64,000 nucleotides of DNA from Gnetum montanum (lineage: Eukaryota; Plantae; Gnetophyta). Shown here in pieces: positions 1 to 13,100 of this stretch. The position numbers were made by a program, and so were the translations under genes. Where the stretch lies: positions 186,001-250,000 of the forward strand of contig MNCI01000721.1 of assembly GCA_015680685.1 (NCBI GenBank). The letters are read 5' to 3'. The notes under the pieces were generated by a model. That model saw only the letters and a list, made by a program, of their open reading frames with translations, did no database searches and was not told the DNA's origin. Each line of letters opens with the position of its first letter. Position 1 is the stretch's first letter.

Positions 1-307
1 AGGTGATAGAAAATATAATATTGTGAAAAACAAACCATACACTTTCCCTAATCTCTCAAAGATTAGGAAACACTTACACAAGTGATACAAGCTGCTAATC
101 CTTCCCATGCCATATGCATTTGTTGCTGTGTCACTTTATAACATTCATAGCCTAATAGCCTAGTTTACACTTATTAGTATCATTTCATTTCTCTTGGGTT
201 TAAATTTAAATTTGCTAGTAGGATAGAATTTATTTTGTTTGACATCCTTTTACTTTTTAAAACATTTTTGCATTTTCTTAATAAAAAATTTTTACTTTTA
301 CATTCTT

Positions 308-440
308 TATGGTCCACTAAGACCTTAAATTAGCATTGTGGCCTACCATGGCCTTAAACTAGAAAATACCACACAACCTGCTATGGTGTTAAACTAGAAA
401 ATACCACATGGCCTGCCATGGCCTAAAATTGGCAAAAAAC
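308..440 (+). repeat. Tandem array (~4 units) of ~30-33 bp TGGCCTGCCATGGCCTWAAAYTRG repeat
   Basis: Units such as gtggcctaccatggccttaaactagaaaa and atggcctgccatggcctaaaattggcaaaa. The same unit occurs at 54679-54800, 56924-56985, 57281-57341 and ~57995-58045. Confidence 0.85.
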
Positions 441-739
441 CATTATAACTTATTTTTTTTTATTCCTACAACTTTATTTCTTAGCCATTTCAACTTTTTA
501 TCGCATTTAGCAAACGTAGCCTTAGAACATAGATCATAAAGTAGCATCACAACATAAAGAAAATTGTAACTCTAGAACGTTATAGTTAGAATTTAATTTT
601 AGACTTAAAAATCAAAAATAAAAATGTCCATAACAACATAACCACGGCCACATAATGTGGCAAAGATATCCAAACAACAAAATGTTAAATAATAAACTAT
701 TTTGGCTAACACTAGCCATACATCAATAATGTTAAAAAA

Positions 740-3700
740 TCACATCAACTAAAATGGGCATAGAAGAAGCAACTGATGGAACTACAAAGCATTTGGTAAA
801 AGAGGTGGATCATCATCTCTATCCCCACTGCTAGGAATTCCTATGTCTCTTGGTGCCTATAACATGATAAAACCAAAACTAAATAACAACCAATAAACAT
901 CAAAATGAAAATTAATGAAATTAAAATTAAACAAGTTAACCTGAGATGGATTTGGAGCCATATGTTCTATGGGGAAAGTTAGAAGATCAACCTATAGATG
1001 GTGAAGGAGTTCATCTTCAAACATATTGGTCCAATCAACATCCCTAAGATCAAGACTTGTAAGAATGTTAATCTTGTCAATGTTGGTCCATGTAGGGGGC
1101 TCATGCAAGAAATTGCTTGAGGTTGCCTCTCCTAAGGAAATAGTAGTTTGATGAGTAGGAGAAGTAGCTACTATCACATTATTTGTAAATATATTATAGA
1201 TATCCTTTACATTAATTCCCATCATAAATAGCTCTAGCTTCCTCCACTCGATAGGCTCCTCCTGTAACCACTTAAGGTAAGCATCATGCTTAACCTTATA
1301 GACCCTCTTATGATCTTTTTGTTTATGATACCACTTAAGGATCCAAACATAGTAGTCCTTCCACTTACCAATCTTGTGGTTGATGAGATCGATATAAAGC
1401 TTCTATTATATGATTTATCTAGCAAGGGGGACATTACATTAAACTACATTCCAATAGCAAGAGAGTATCTCCTTAGTGTGTAAATATTCTTTGTTGCTTA
1501 CCTAAGCCTCTATGAAGTTTTTTCCATCCTTAAGATCTATTACCTCTTCTTTCAATTTCTTTTTCTTCTTCCTTAGTTCTATGACTTGTTTTTATAGGAA
1601 CTCATTAGAATGTCTATGTTCCCATAAAGACTTAGCACATGAGAGTGCACATCTAGTGGCACCATCATATAGTTTACATGGGACATTGTCCATATTGGAA
1701 GGTAAGAAAGAAAACATGTTGACCTTTACTAGCTTGTTAGGATCCCATCTTAGGTTAGGCACTATAACTAACAAAATGAAACTAATTAACAATGAAAACT
1801 TGATCATCAAGAAAACCAAGTAATAGATCAAAAACATAAAACATAAAATAAGTTAAAATTTTTATTGATCTTTGGTGTTATTGGTTATAACCAACTGATC
1901 ATATCTTTAGCTGCACCCTTCATAAATTCTAGTTTATTGGGGATTTTCACCCATGATTGCATGTAGAAGGTAGAAGTGGATGCTTCTACTTATGGTTCGT
2001 GAGCTACAACAAGTGCAGTAAACAATCAAATGATCATGACCATTACTAAACAAAAATCAATGAAACATGACATGTACAACACTTGGAATAGAAAATTACA
2101 AGTACCTAAAAATTCCTCTAATGTTGAAATAGGAGGTTTACTCATTTTTGGATCCTCTAGCATGGCATCAAAGTGGTCCATAGGGAAAAAAGGAGGAAAG
2201 GCCTTCTTATTTAATGCATCATCCTCATAATGCTTTAATATCTCTTACTCTTGATGCCTTATCTCCTCCTCCACTTGATGCCTTCACTTCTCTTTAGCAA
2301 CAGTTGCTATTGCTATAGCCTCCAACTCCTATTGCTTATCTACAAGAGGCATCAACTATAAAACATAGAGTAGCTTAGCACATCATATGAAACCACAAAT
2401 CAACCATAGCATTGAGAAAAGTAACAATAAAGAAATAAATCAACAAAATACATACCTCTTATTTCAGTTTGCATCCCTTTAAGCTTGACAATCATCTTTT
2501 TCTTGGGAGGTTCCCCAACTATTGGCATTACCTGCTCTACCAAATACCTCTTAAGTTTCTCCATGGATGTACCCTCAACCTCTGCATGCAAGCTTCAAAC
2601 CTTTTTAACATTAGCTAGTATGGTGAAGGCTCAGCCCCAATGCTATCAGGAGATCTACAATGTTTTCCATCACAATTCTTAATGGTGAGAGATACGGATT
2701 CATCTACAACTTTTGATGGACCTTGGGCCCTAGTGGTCATAGCAAGAAGCTTTACCTAGGGCTTGTCAAATTAGGATGAATCCTAGACAATCCATTGTCC
2801 ATCCTTTCTTACCATCGAAAACTCTACAAACCTCCACAAGTAAGTTGAAAAAAGTGCAAAATGCACATGACACTTTGTAGTGAGATTCTCATGAATTTTT
2901 TGAACCTCCAACAAAAGCCCAGAATCCAAGTGTGTGGCCTAGTTGAATAAGGTACACTCGATGAGTACTTACTTCATGGTCCAAGCTTGTTCCACATCCA
3001 GTATATTTCTCTATGATTATAACTTAGGATATGCTCAAGATTGGAAAAAAAAGATACATATCCCTAATTAATGACAATTTGATGTCTCTTAGAAGGTATC
3101 CCTTGCTACTATGATGAGTGTCAAACCATTCTTCTACTTCTTCCTGATGATCCACCTTGTACCCTGCTTTGGAAATAACTGACATGTCATCATTTAAGAC
3201 ACTGAAGAGATCATTAAATGTGGATGCATTAATGTCCAAAACAATAATCACACTATGAACATAGGTAATTAACCTTTGAACTCCTTGGTTAAAGGAGTTA
3301 AAAATGTTCAACATTTTTGCAATTGGGATGATCGGGCTAGGGGCAATGAAGAGGTCAAACAAGCCTGCATGGATGACCCTCACACGTATAGCATTGGGTG
3401 CTTGATCTGATAACTAGTCTTGTGAGGATTCCACCTCATTGAACTTAAGGATCATAATCTCCTCTATATATCTTGAAGTGATAACTGTAACTTTAGTAGA
3501 TGGAGTGACCACTGAAAAATAGAAAAAAGGTAACTCTTTAGCCTTTGCATAGGTGCAATAAATTATAATAGATAATTACATAAACAAAAAAAATAGCCTA
3601 ATAACCATATAAATAGAGAAATATTAGCATAAAATAAATAAATTAATAACACTTACTTTGCCTATATGACTTAGGCATTGTAGGAGCTGTAGATTGTGGG

Positions 3701-4560
3701 TCTAAGTCCAAATCATCAAGAGATGGGCTGGCCCACTAGCTATCTATCATCTTGTTTTGTAGTTATCTCTTATAGGACTTAGGATGATGCCCAATGCCAC
3801 TCTCAAGGTCCCCATGCAATTTATTCAACACTACAAGCCTCATGTTTGGGCTCTTAGTAATACCTCTAAAGCTATGTGAGCTAGGAGCAAAAGTGAAGTC
3901 AGCCTTGATTTGACCTTGATCATCCATCCTAAATATGCAAGCAAGTAAAATAATAGACCATACATAGTTATAATCTGAAATGCACAACAAAAAAGAAACA
4001 ACCAAGATAACAACATTGCTTATCCTTCTATGCGATAGATAGTGCTAGGAGGGTTTTGAACCATGTATGGGATCGATGAACAACAATCAAGGTATTGTTC
4101 AAGTTATATTGGCCAAATTCTGGTATCTCCCAAATTTGAGATAGTTTTTGAGCATCCATGGTAGTCATGTCATCATGATTCTCTCCTCCTTCATGAGCAT
4201 TAGGTTTATCAATAATAAACTTTACAATTAAATCAGAGGATTTGAGTAGGATGGTCTCCACGATCATTGCTACCACCTCCAACTTCAAGTGTGATCAAAC
4301 CATCATACTATAGCTTTGAAGTAGGTAGGCTAGGAAGTATAATTTCCCCTTCCTAAACCATATCCCAAATTGATCCCACTCCATGTTGGGGCTTGGGGAT
4401 TTAGGTGTTGGCATGTCAATGCAACACAATAGCCCCACCATCTCTATCACCACCAGAATAGACTTCAGGATGGCCTTGAGATGTTCAACCACAAAAATTA
4501 CAACCATACAAACTTTAAACCAAAACCTTATAACATATAACATACAGAATAACACTTAGT
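740..4560 (-). pseudogene. Degenerate spliced ORF of unknown function (coiled-coil C-terminal half), antisense to element D0
   Basis: Chain of minus-strand ORF fragments (4295-4555, 4028-4288, 3763-4005, 3024-3383, 2400-2591, 1592-1837, 992-1225). They are separated by T-rich GT..AG intron-like segments at 857-940, 2004-2105, 2356-2455 and 3512-3656. Many premature stops. Confidence 0.6.
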
Positions 4561-5509
4561 AAAAGAAAAAATCCAAAGTCTACAACCAACATTCCATCAA
4601 ATTTTACACTTAGCACCAAAAATAGCCATTGGAAAACATAGAGTAAAAAATATAAAATTTTTTTACTTTGATTTGAAAAAATTCTAGCCCCATTCTAACA
4701 TCTCAAAGTATCTCCAAGACCATGGGACATTGATAGAAAAAACTTTTCAAAACCTCAACGTTTCCCATCTTCAAAGAGGTAAATGCATCATAGCCTTATA
4801 ACCATGATTTTACATAACCAACTGGAAACAATGATAACTAATCAACTACTTAACAAAATTGGAAAATTACATAGCTATTGGAATCTTAAGACAAGGAACT
4901 ACAACCCCATAAAAGGAAATCATTAGAATTAATAACCAATTTTTCATAAAAATTTACCAAAATAACTTGACTGTAGTTGTCAACATGAACCCCCTTTCAC
5001 ATAGGGTTGGGAAACTATTTCCCAAAAATTTGTTTGAGCTTCAAGTGGAGTGATTTCACCACCATATGAAATATTAAATTGAACCATATGTGCCCATTAC
5101 CATAGAAAATTCAAAAATCTTATCATCTGTTCAGAAAAAATTCATGAACTTCCATGAAATCTGGAAAACGGTAAAGAACCCTACATACACAACCCAACTC
5201 ATACGGTCATAACTTCATCATTATAACTCCAAATCAAATGGGACCATAGCCATTAGGAAGATAAAGCATAATATTATGAACTCATAACAATAGATTTTGA
5301 AAATACGCATCTGTGTCCTTGGTAACAGATACACAAATTTGCTTTCTTTTTCATGCAAAAATCATAAAACTTGTAAAAGTTGACTTCATCTAGCCATGAA
5401 ACATAGCCAAAATGGCCAAACAAACTTCAATCCATTTAAAAAAACATCAAAATTAGGGGGTCATATTTTATTAAAATTTAATTTTGAGAATTCCTTCATC
5501 CTANCACCA

Positions 5510-6890
5510 ATGGATGGACTACATTGATAGTCATCTACTAATGAATGTCACTATAGTAGAAATAGTTATTATGAAATGGAAATGCTGCCACAAACTCACC
5601 AATAGCTAGAATACATTGAAAATAATCTAAGAAACAATCACTACTACACTAGTAGTGGTCAATAGTTAATGGCCAAGGTTGGTAGTAGATCATCAATAGC
5701 TAGACTACATTGGTAGTAGTCCACAGATGGTTGTTACTACACTAAATTTGAGCAAGAGTTAGTAGCAATGGAGGTAGAGCTCTTCACCAAGGCATATAAG
5801 TAAGGAAGTATAAAGAAAATACAATTTGTGAAAAGTTTCTACAAGTGTTACTAATTAAACCTAGGCATCCAATCCAAAACCTTGGTTTCCTTTTTGGAAC
5901 TCCACTTAACTTGGCCTCAAGATATGGAAACTAGGACTATGTCAGGGTTGTATAAACATTTTTTAAAAATTTCTATTTTTGAGTGGATCCCACACTAGGT
6001 GCTCAAAAAATAATGAAAAAGGCCATGACTACACTAAGCGTAGTTAGTCTTCCAACCAAACTACGTTAAGAGTAGTCAACCTAAGACCATAGAAAAATTA
6101 CAACATCTACCTACCTCTTCTAAACCATAACTTAGGCACCTTGTAACCCAAAAACATGGTTAGGTATGGTAGTTCTTGGGCATGAAACCAAGACTACACT
6201 GAAGGAAGATAAGGACTACATTGGGCCACTATAGTCCAAACCACTACCAGCATAGTCCATGATGGGATGAACTCCCAAAATCCTGTACAACCTCTAGAAG
6301 CCTCCAAACTAACTATCTAGCCTTTCCAAAACATGGCCAAAACACCCAATAGCACCAAAACTTGGTCACAAGCAGTCCAAATGTAACAAAAATCAAACCT
6401 CCTCATCAACTACACTCAAAAACGAGAGGGACTATGCTAGGCTAGCATAGTCCAACATCATATCTTATCTTCTTACAATCCCAAGCAACCCATCAAGTTC
6501 ATTCAACTCTCATTTGACTCCATATTAACACATTGTTTTCCCAAACCCTATTTTGAGCCTTTAGCAAGCCCAAAGCATGGTCAATTGTAGTAAATGGTGT
6601 CACTTTTTCCTTTTCCCTTGTGACTACACTAGGGAAATCAAGGACTACATTAGGCCAATTTAGTCCTAGCCTAGGACTAGCATAGCCCCCTTTAAAATTA
6701 TTACAAAAAATCTCAAAAACCATGAAACTTGACTCTTGCAAGCTCTAATATCCTACTTTGGACCTATATGGCCATGAAATCTACTTTTTTTTTTAACACT
6801 TTGATACTTCTCACCATGACTATGCTGGAAGAAGAGGAGGACTACATTGGGCTAGCATAGTCCCTACCTGAGCCCAACATAGTCCTCATA
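5510..6890. repeat. Dispersed array of GGACTA..TAGTCC palindromes and half-sites
   Basis: Perfect 25-bp palindrome ggactatgctag-g-ctagcatagtcc at 6429-6453. Three ~66-bp modules at ~6192-6258, ~6622-6687 and ~6818-6885. Further gactacattg/gactacact half-sites between 5516 and 6080. Confidence 0.8.
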
Positions 6891-9152
6891 GAATTAACAA
6901 GGTGACCAAGAACTATGCAAAGAAATAGTTGAAAAATCCAAAAACTCCATCCAAGGTTGCTTGACCACTAGTTTGTGGATTTTTGAACTTAGAAGGAGGG
7001 GATAAATAAGTTTTCCAAATTAAAACTTAAAGATACAAATCACACACCATAAACTTAATGTGGTTTTCAAACTTTGGTAGTCTACACTTGAAGGGTAGAT
7101 CACAAGCACATGTACAAACTTTGTTGCTCTCAAAATGTGATTGAAGGGTCCACATCCTATACTATTTTCAAGCCTTGCTCAAGAGTGCTATACCACAACA
7201 CCAATCACTCAATCCTACAAGGCCCCATTAGGCTTGGAAATGTGGTTTCAAGGCTTCCAAAACATTTCAATCTTGAACATCACACTAGAGTATTGTACCA
7301 TAGCATCAACAACTCAATCCCACAGGTTCTTGACAAGCTCAAGCACAGCAACCCTATAGGGAGAGAAGAATAAGAATTACAAGAGATAATTACAACTCAG
7401 CTTGTTGATCCTTGTATAGTTTTCTGACCTTTCGCAAGCTAGAAGGCACCATGCCCCCATGACTCAAGGCCATCACAATAATCATGACTCAATTCATTAC
7501 AAATATGAGAATAAATATCATTAGAGGTTTTGGTTTTGAGCTTTCCTTGCTCATGGAGGCTTGTCCTCATGCCCCATCATGCTTCCATCATCTGATCATC
7601 TTGTTGAAATGCTTCCCTTGCATCCCCATGATGAAAAATACCTACAATAAATAAAGAATAAGAAAAATAAAATGGATTATGATTTCTTAATCCAACTTTC
7701 TTTCTTTCTTCTTTTTCCTCTTCTTCACCTTCTCCTTCTTGGTGTTTGGAATATTACCACTTACCTTACTTTCATCATCTATCATGTAGATTACCTTTAT
7801 GTTGTACTTCCATTTTACAGCCAATACAATCAAATCCATCATTGCACTACACAAATTTATCATTGCTATAGTTAATAGTAAGCATCTCCAAATTTTGGAA
7901 AATCATATCATTATCAATGTCTTCACTCATATCAATAATGACCTTCTCACAATGACTATTCTAATAGCTATCATCATCAAACAATTTATTATTATTAGTA
8001 TTCCTCTTACTAACAATGGCATCAAAAGTCACAACATGACTCTCAATCCCATTACAATCATCACAATGATCATGATTCTCATCATTACCATTGAACAAAC
8101 CACTACCAAGTTGAAGTGAAAAACTAGCATCTATCACACTAGCTTCAACATGAGAGACATTAGTATCATCAACAAGGTCACTATTACTTACCTTTTCATG
8201 GCTTCTCCCATCCATAGTTTGTTCAAATTGATCTTCAATATGTGTTTGCCCAATTTCATCAAAGCTTGAAGATTCAAGATTCCATATAGGTTCCTAATTC
8301 CAATGGCTTCTCCTCTATAAAGGAATCAGCAACAAGCTCTTCATCCCACTTTGGAGGTACCAACTCAAAAGGAAAACTCTCCTTCATAGTTTTAACATCA
8401 ATTTTATCAAAAACATTGTTAAAGCAATTATTCTTCCACATACCTTTGCTAGAAGAATCACCTATCTCCAATGAGATAGTCTCAACTTGACTTAAAATCT
8501 CCTTTCCCTTGCCACAAGGTATAGAAAAATTGCAAAAAAAAATGATAATAATACCTTCTAGTTCTACCATTTATCCTCCTTGAAGAAGTCCCTTAATCTT
8601 TGCAACTCTCTTGGCTTTGATCCTTTACCTCCCATGACTCACAAGGTAGGAACTCTCCTTGATTAGTAGCATAAACCATCTTGGACTTTGAAGATCTCTT
8701 GGTCCCTATTATGAATCTCTTGGTTCCCTCCCTTGAAACCCTTGAGTATTGAGCACTCCTTTGCTCAATAAGAGATACTTGAGAACTCAATTCTCATTAA
8801 TCTCTACTTCATTAGATACTTCATCTTCCTTTCCTTCTTGATGGCTAGAATATATTCATTCAATTCTTTTCAAAATATTTCCCATGTTAGTCTTGAATTA
8901 CTCCATATCCCTTTGTGAAGTTTCTACAAAATCTTGGTGCTTGTGGACCTATACTTTGGGAATAAATTCTTGCATTTTAATCACAAAAGCTTTAAAGGAG
9001 TTCTTAAACTGTTGAAGCTCCTTTCTAAGATCTTGATATGTCTTCATATTTGGAGTCATATCTAAAGCAACAAGAATGGTATCCAAAAGAAAATACAAAA
9101 ACATCCACAATAATGTTTCTTTCATTCAAAGAAAACATCAAGCTTCAACATA

Positions 9153-9265
9153 NNNNNNNNNNNNNNNNNNNNNNNNNNNNNNNNNNNNNNNNNNNNNNNN
9201 NNNNNNNNNNNNNNNNNNNNNNNNNNNNNNNNNNNNNNNNNNNNNNNNNNNNNNNNNNNNNNNNN
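9153..9265. other. Assembly gap (113 N)
   Basis: Run of N. Single N joins also occur at 5504, 9760, 27666 and 33635. Confidence 0.98.
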
Positions 9266-9930
9266 GTCTTTCCAAAGACATCTTTCCTAAAGTGAAGATG
9301 TCTCTAGTCCATATAGGACATCTTCCAAAAATAGTATATGTCTCTCCTAAAAGTAGGTATTTCATAGTAAACATTCTAGCAAAGCTAGAGATGACCCAGA
9401 TGCATGAGAAAACTTCCAAAAACACCATTCCAATCCAAGAAATAGCCAAAGCAAGATGAAAATAGCCAAGGAGAAGGTGAGAAGACTTGGGAAACAACTA
9501 GAGAACCTCTAGTTGAGTTGAGGAAAGGTTTCTAGGGCTTTTACCTTTTGGTTGCTTATAAATATTGATGTCTTTCATCATTGTTAGTGTTACAATGCCA
9601 AGTGCCAAAGTTCCAAGTGTTGAAGTGCCAAGAGTCAAAGTCCAAACACTAAAGGAAAAACATCCCAACAAAGGAAAAAAGAGAGAGCTCTTAAGGGAGG
9701 AGAGCTTGTGGAGGAAGAGAGCTTATGTAATGAAGTTGAGTGAAAGGCAAGGGAGAACANGATTGGAATGGTGTTTTTGGAAGTTTTCTCATGCATCTGG
9801 GTCATCTCTAGCTTTGCTAGAATGTTTACTATGAAATACCTACTTTTAGGAGAGACATATACTATTTTTGGAAGATGTCCTATATGGACTAGAGACATCT
9901 TCACTTTAGGAAAGATGTCTTTGGAAAGAC
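9266..9930. repeat. Perfect 170-bp inverted repeat (9266-9435 / 9761-9930), probably a mis-oriented contig
   Basis: The arms are exact reverse complements (the ORF track gives identical peptides on opposite strands). Each arm starts immediately after an N. Confidence 0.9.
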
Positions 9931-10180
9931 ATCTTTTTTTTTTTTTTTTTTTGCAAAGACATCTATCTTGAAGGTTCCGAAAACAAAAATGCTTGTTTTG
10001 ATGCCAAGATCCTCTCGATGCCTTCCAACAAGTCCCCACAGATCTTGGAACCTCCTAAACTCATCAAAATAAGCCAAAAATATCCTAAAACATGCCAAAA
10101 CACTCAATAATAATCCTCAATAAAATCATTATAAAAAGACATAGTATGTAGGGTAGAGTAAGTGAATAGGAAGAGCTATC

Positions 10181-13100
10181 CCTGTACCAATTGCTAAAAT
10201 GGTTTGTCCACAATCACCAATTTTAAGGAAGCTCTAGCTCTTTTGATCTTTGGTCTATGAATTTGACATTTGTAACATCTTTTAATTTTCAAATTAATAT
10301 CTTGGTACATAGTAGGCCAATAAAAACCACAATGAAGTATCTATTACATAGTGAACTTAAGAGATTCTTAAAATAAATTAGAATGATCATGAAATTGTTC
10401 TAAGACAAGACCAATTTGATCATTGTGAATACATTCCAACAAAAATCCTCTAAAATCCTTTCTATATAAGATTCCATTTTTAATCATAAATTTATTTATC
10501 TTTTTAAAGAAAGCTATCTTTTCACTAGGAGTTAGGTTATTTGGAACCTTTTGCATATCAAGAAATTCTAGAATCTCATCATACCAATTTCCCTCATGAA
10601 TCTTTATCACACATACTTCATATTCCTTAGCCATTAACTTGGCTAATCCCATTCCTTTAATAGTTTTTCATATTTCCAATGAAAATCTAAAGCTTTGAAG
10701 CTTTATGAGCCACTTTCCTCTCTTCAATCCAATTTCATTTTGGGATAAGAATTGTTTGACTATAGGCTCTATTAGCATAATATGAACTAATGGATTTTCT
10801 AAATAATATTTTAAATGTTGAAGTGCCTTAATAACTATGAATGCTTGTTTCTCTAAGTCTAAATACTTTAGAATAGAACCTTTCAATTGATATCCAAAAA
10901 ATCCAATCAATTCATCCAAATCCTTATTTCTTTGAGTTAGAATGGCAGAAATTGAATCATTTGAAGTGAAAGCATATAATCAAAAGTCTTCTTTTAATGT
11001 TGGCTTTACCAAGTATGGAGCTTCTTGAATGACTTTATTAATTTCTGCAAAGGCTTTCTTTGATTCTGGCATTTTCTCTACTAGAACATCTTTCTTTAGC
11101 ATATGCATCAAAGGTTTAGTAATTTCAATGAATCTAGGATAAATTTATTAACAAAATTTATCTTTTCAAAAAAATATCTAAAAAACATTTTACTTGTGGG
11201 ATGCTTGATATTTTGTGTTGCTCAAATTTGAGAATTATCTATAACAATTTCTCCTTGACAAATTACATGGCCTAGTAAACATTAGATTTAACCCCAAATA
11301 TACATTTCTTAGGATTTAATGAAATATCATACTAGGGGTATTTGTCAAAAACTTGTTGAAGATGATCAATATAGTCTTCCTTCCTTTTTAAAAAGATGGT
11401 AATATCATCCAAATAATCCTTGAAAGGTTAAGTCCATTATTCTTTGAAAAGTAGCTCTAGTGTTTGACAATCCAAATGACATTGTTTGGTAAGTAAAAGT
11501 TCCCCATTTGGTAATAAATGTTGTTTTATATCTATCATCCTTATCTACCATGATTTGATTATAGCCTAAAAGACCATCTAAGAAAGAATATATCTGATAA
11601 CCTGATGCTTTAATCAACATCTCATTAATTCTAGGAAGTGGATATTTATCTTTTTCAAGGCTTCATTCAAATTTTTGAAATCCACACAAAGTCTAATATC
11701 ACCATTCTTCTTTCTTACTGGTACAAAGTTAGCAAGCCATGTCGAATATTAAATCAGATATATGATTTGAGCTTACAATAACTTTTTGATCTTAGCTTCC
11801 ATAGTTGTTCAAATGATGGATTAAATTTCCTTTATTTTTGCTTAACTATCTTATAACCATCTATTAAAGGTATTTTATGTGTCATCACCTCTAGTTGAAA
11901 AGCTTTAATATCATCATAAGACCAAGAAAAATTTTCTAAATTATTTTTTCAAAAGTAATAATAAATTTTTATTGAAAATTGAATCCTTTTCCTTTGTAAT
12001 ATTCAACATCTTTGGCATCTTAGTAATCCAAAATTCACTATCTCATAATCTTGGTGATCTAGATTCTATATATTCTTTTTGGTAAGTTGATTTTTACTAA
12101 ATTCATGTTCATGATCAATCACCCTTTTGGGAATTAAATTTATCTAAAACCTTGATGTTGTTTCAGGTATGATTTGACCTTAAAATTCTTGTTTATTCTT
12201 TAAGAATCTAAGCAATTGATCATCATCTTCAAATACTTGTAAATGCATTATGTTATTTGATATTGATGGTTGCTATTCATTCTTGATTATTATACCCTCA
12301 TAACCTTCTATCTTTTTCACATCTAATGTTCAAGTTGCTTTTGCTAAGTCATTTGCTATATAATTATCCTTCCTACATATATGTTCTATTTGATAATGAT
12401 GAAATTGATCCAACATTTTATAAATGAGTTATTTATAGGGTAGAAAGAATGAGCTTTTTACCACACAATCACCTTCAATCTATTTACAAACTAATCTTGA
12501 GTCTTCTTTTATGCTGATTTCCTTGATTCCTTTTTCCAATATTGTCTTAATTCCAGTGCATAAAGCTTCATATTTAGCTTTGTTATTCGTACAAGTGAAA
12601 GATATATGCCTTGAATATTTTTGGAAAATCATCTTTTACTAATACTATTCCAACTCTTGCACCTTTGGCATTACAAGAATCATCAAGGTATAGTTCCCAT
12701 TTGCTCCCATCTTGGAATTCCTCTTTTTCCAACTTAGAAACTTCTTGAAGTATGCAAAATCTAGTTTCAAAAGATTTTGTTTCAACAACTTTATTCTTTC
12801 CATTTGAAGTAATGTTTTCACTCATCAAAGGCTTAATATATATGTATATTTGATTTCTTTTCCCTTTCCAAGGTAGCCACATCTAGGAATAATTTATTTA
12901 AATGTAACTTGAGAAATTCTTACTCCAACTTCTACCTAGCAAAAGACTATGTGAATCTTGTATGTCTACCACTTGAATTGTTACTCTACTTTTGATACGA
13001 GGTTTAGAAGTGATTTTAATAGAACATTACTAACCCACAATCTTCACTTGAATAATCTTTTTATTTGATTTTTTAGGAATCAAATTGAGTTTTTTGCATA

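Larger units (their letters stand above)
1..6970 (+). mobile_element. Internal 3' part of a D-family (Ogre/Tat-like) LTR element entering from the left edge (D0)
   Basis: Positions ~50-105 (atctctcaaagattaggaaacacttac..aatccttccc) resemble element D 54518-54568 (atatctcaaagatcaagcaaaacatttat..tatcctttcc). They are followed by the same ~30-bp repeat array as in D. The right boundary is approximate. Confidence 0.55.
6975..10180 (-). mobile_element. Degenerate LTR-element remnant(s) (F) spanning the assembly gap
   Basis: Broken minus-strand E/K-rich ORF fragments 7961-9150 and a PPT-like gagtcatgggggcat at ~7451-7465 (minus). An LTR-like segment 9266-10180 with agacatct/agatgtct motifs truncates element A's integrase. 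No RT seen; the two sides of the gap may be unrelated. Confidence 0.35.

Noticed and set aside
9076-10107. Duplicated ORFs / miRNA-like hairpin
   Set aside because: Explained by the N-bounded perfect inverted repeat, a probable assembly artefact.
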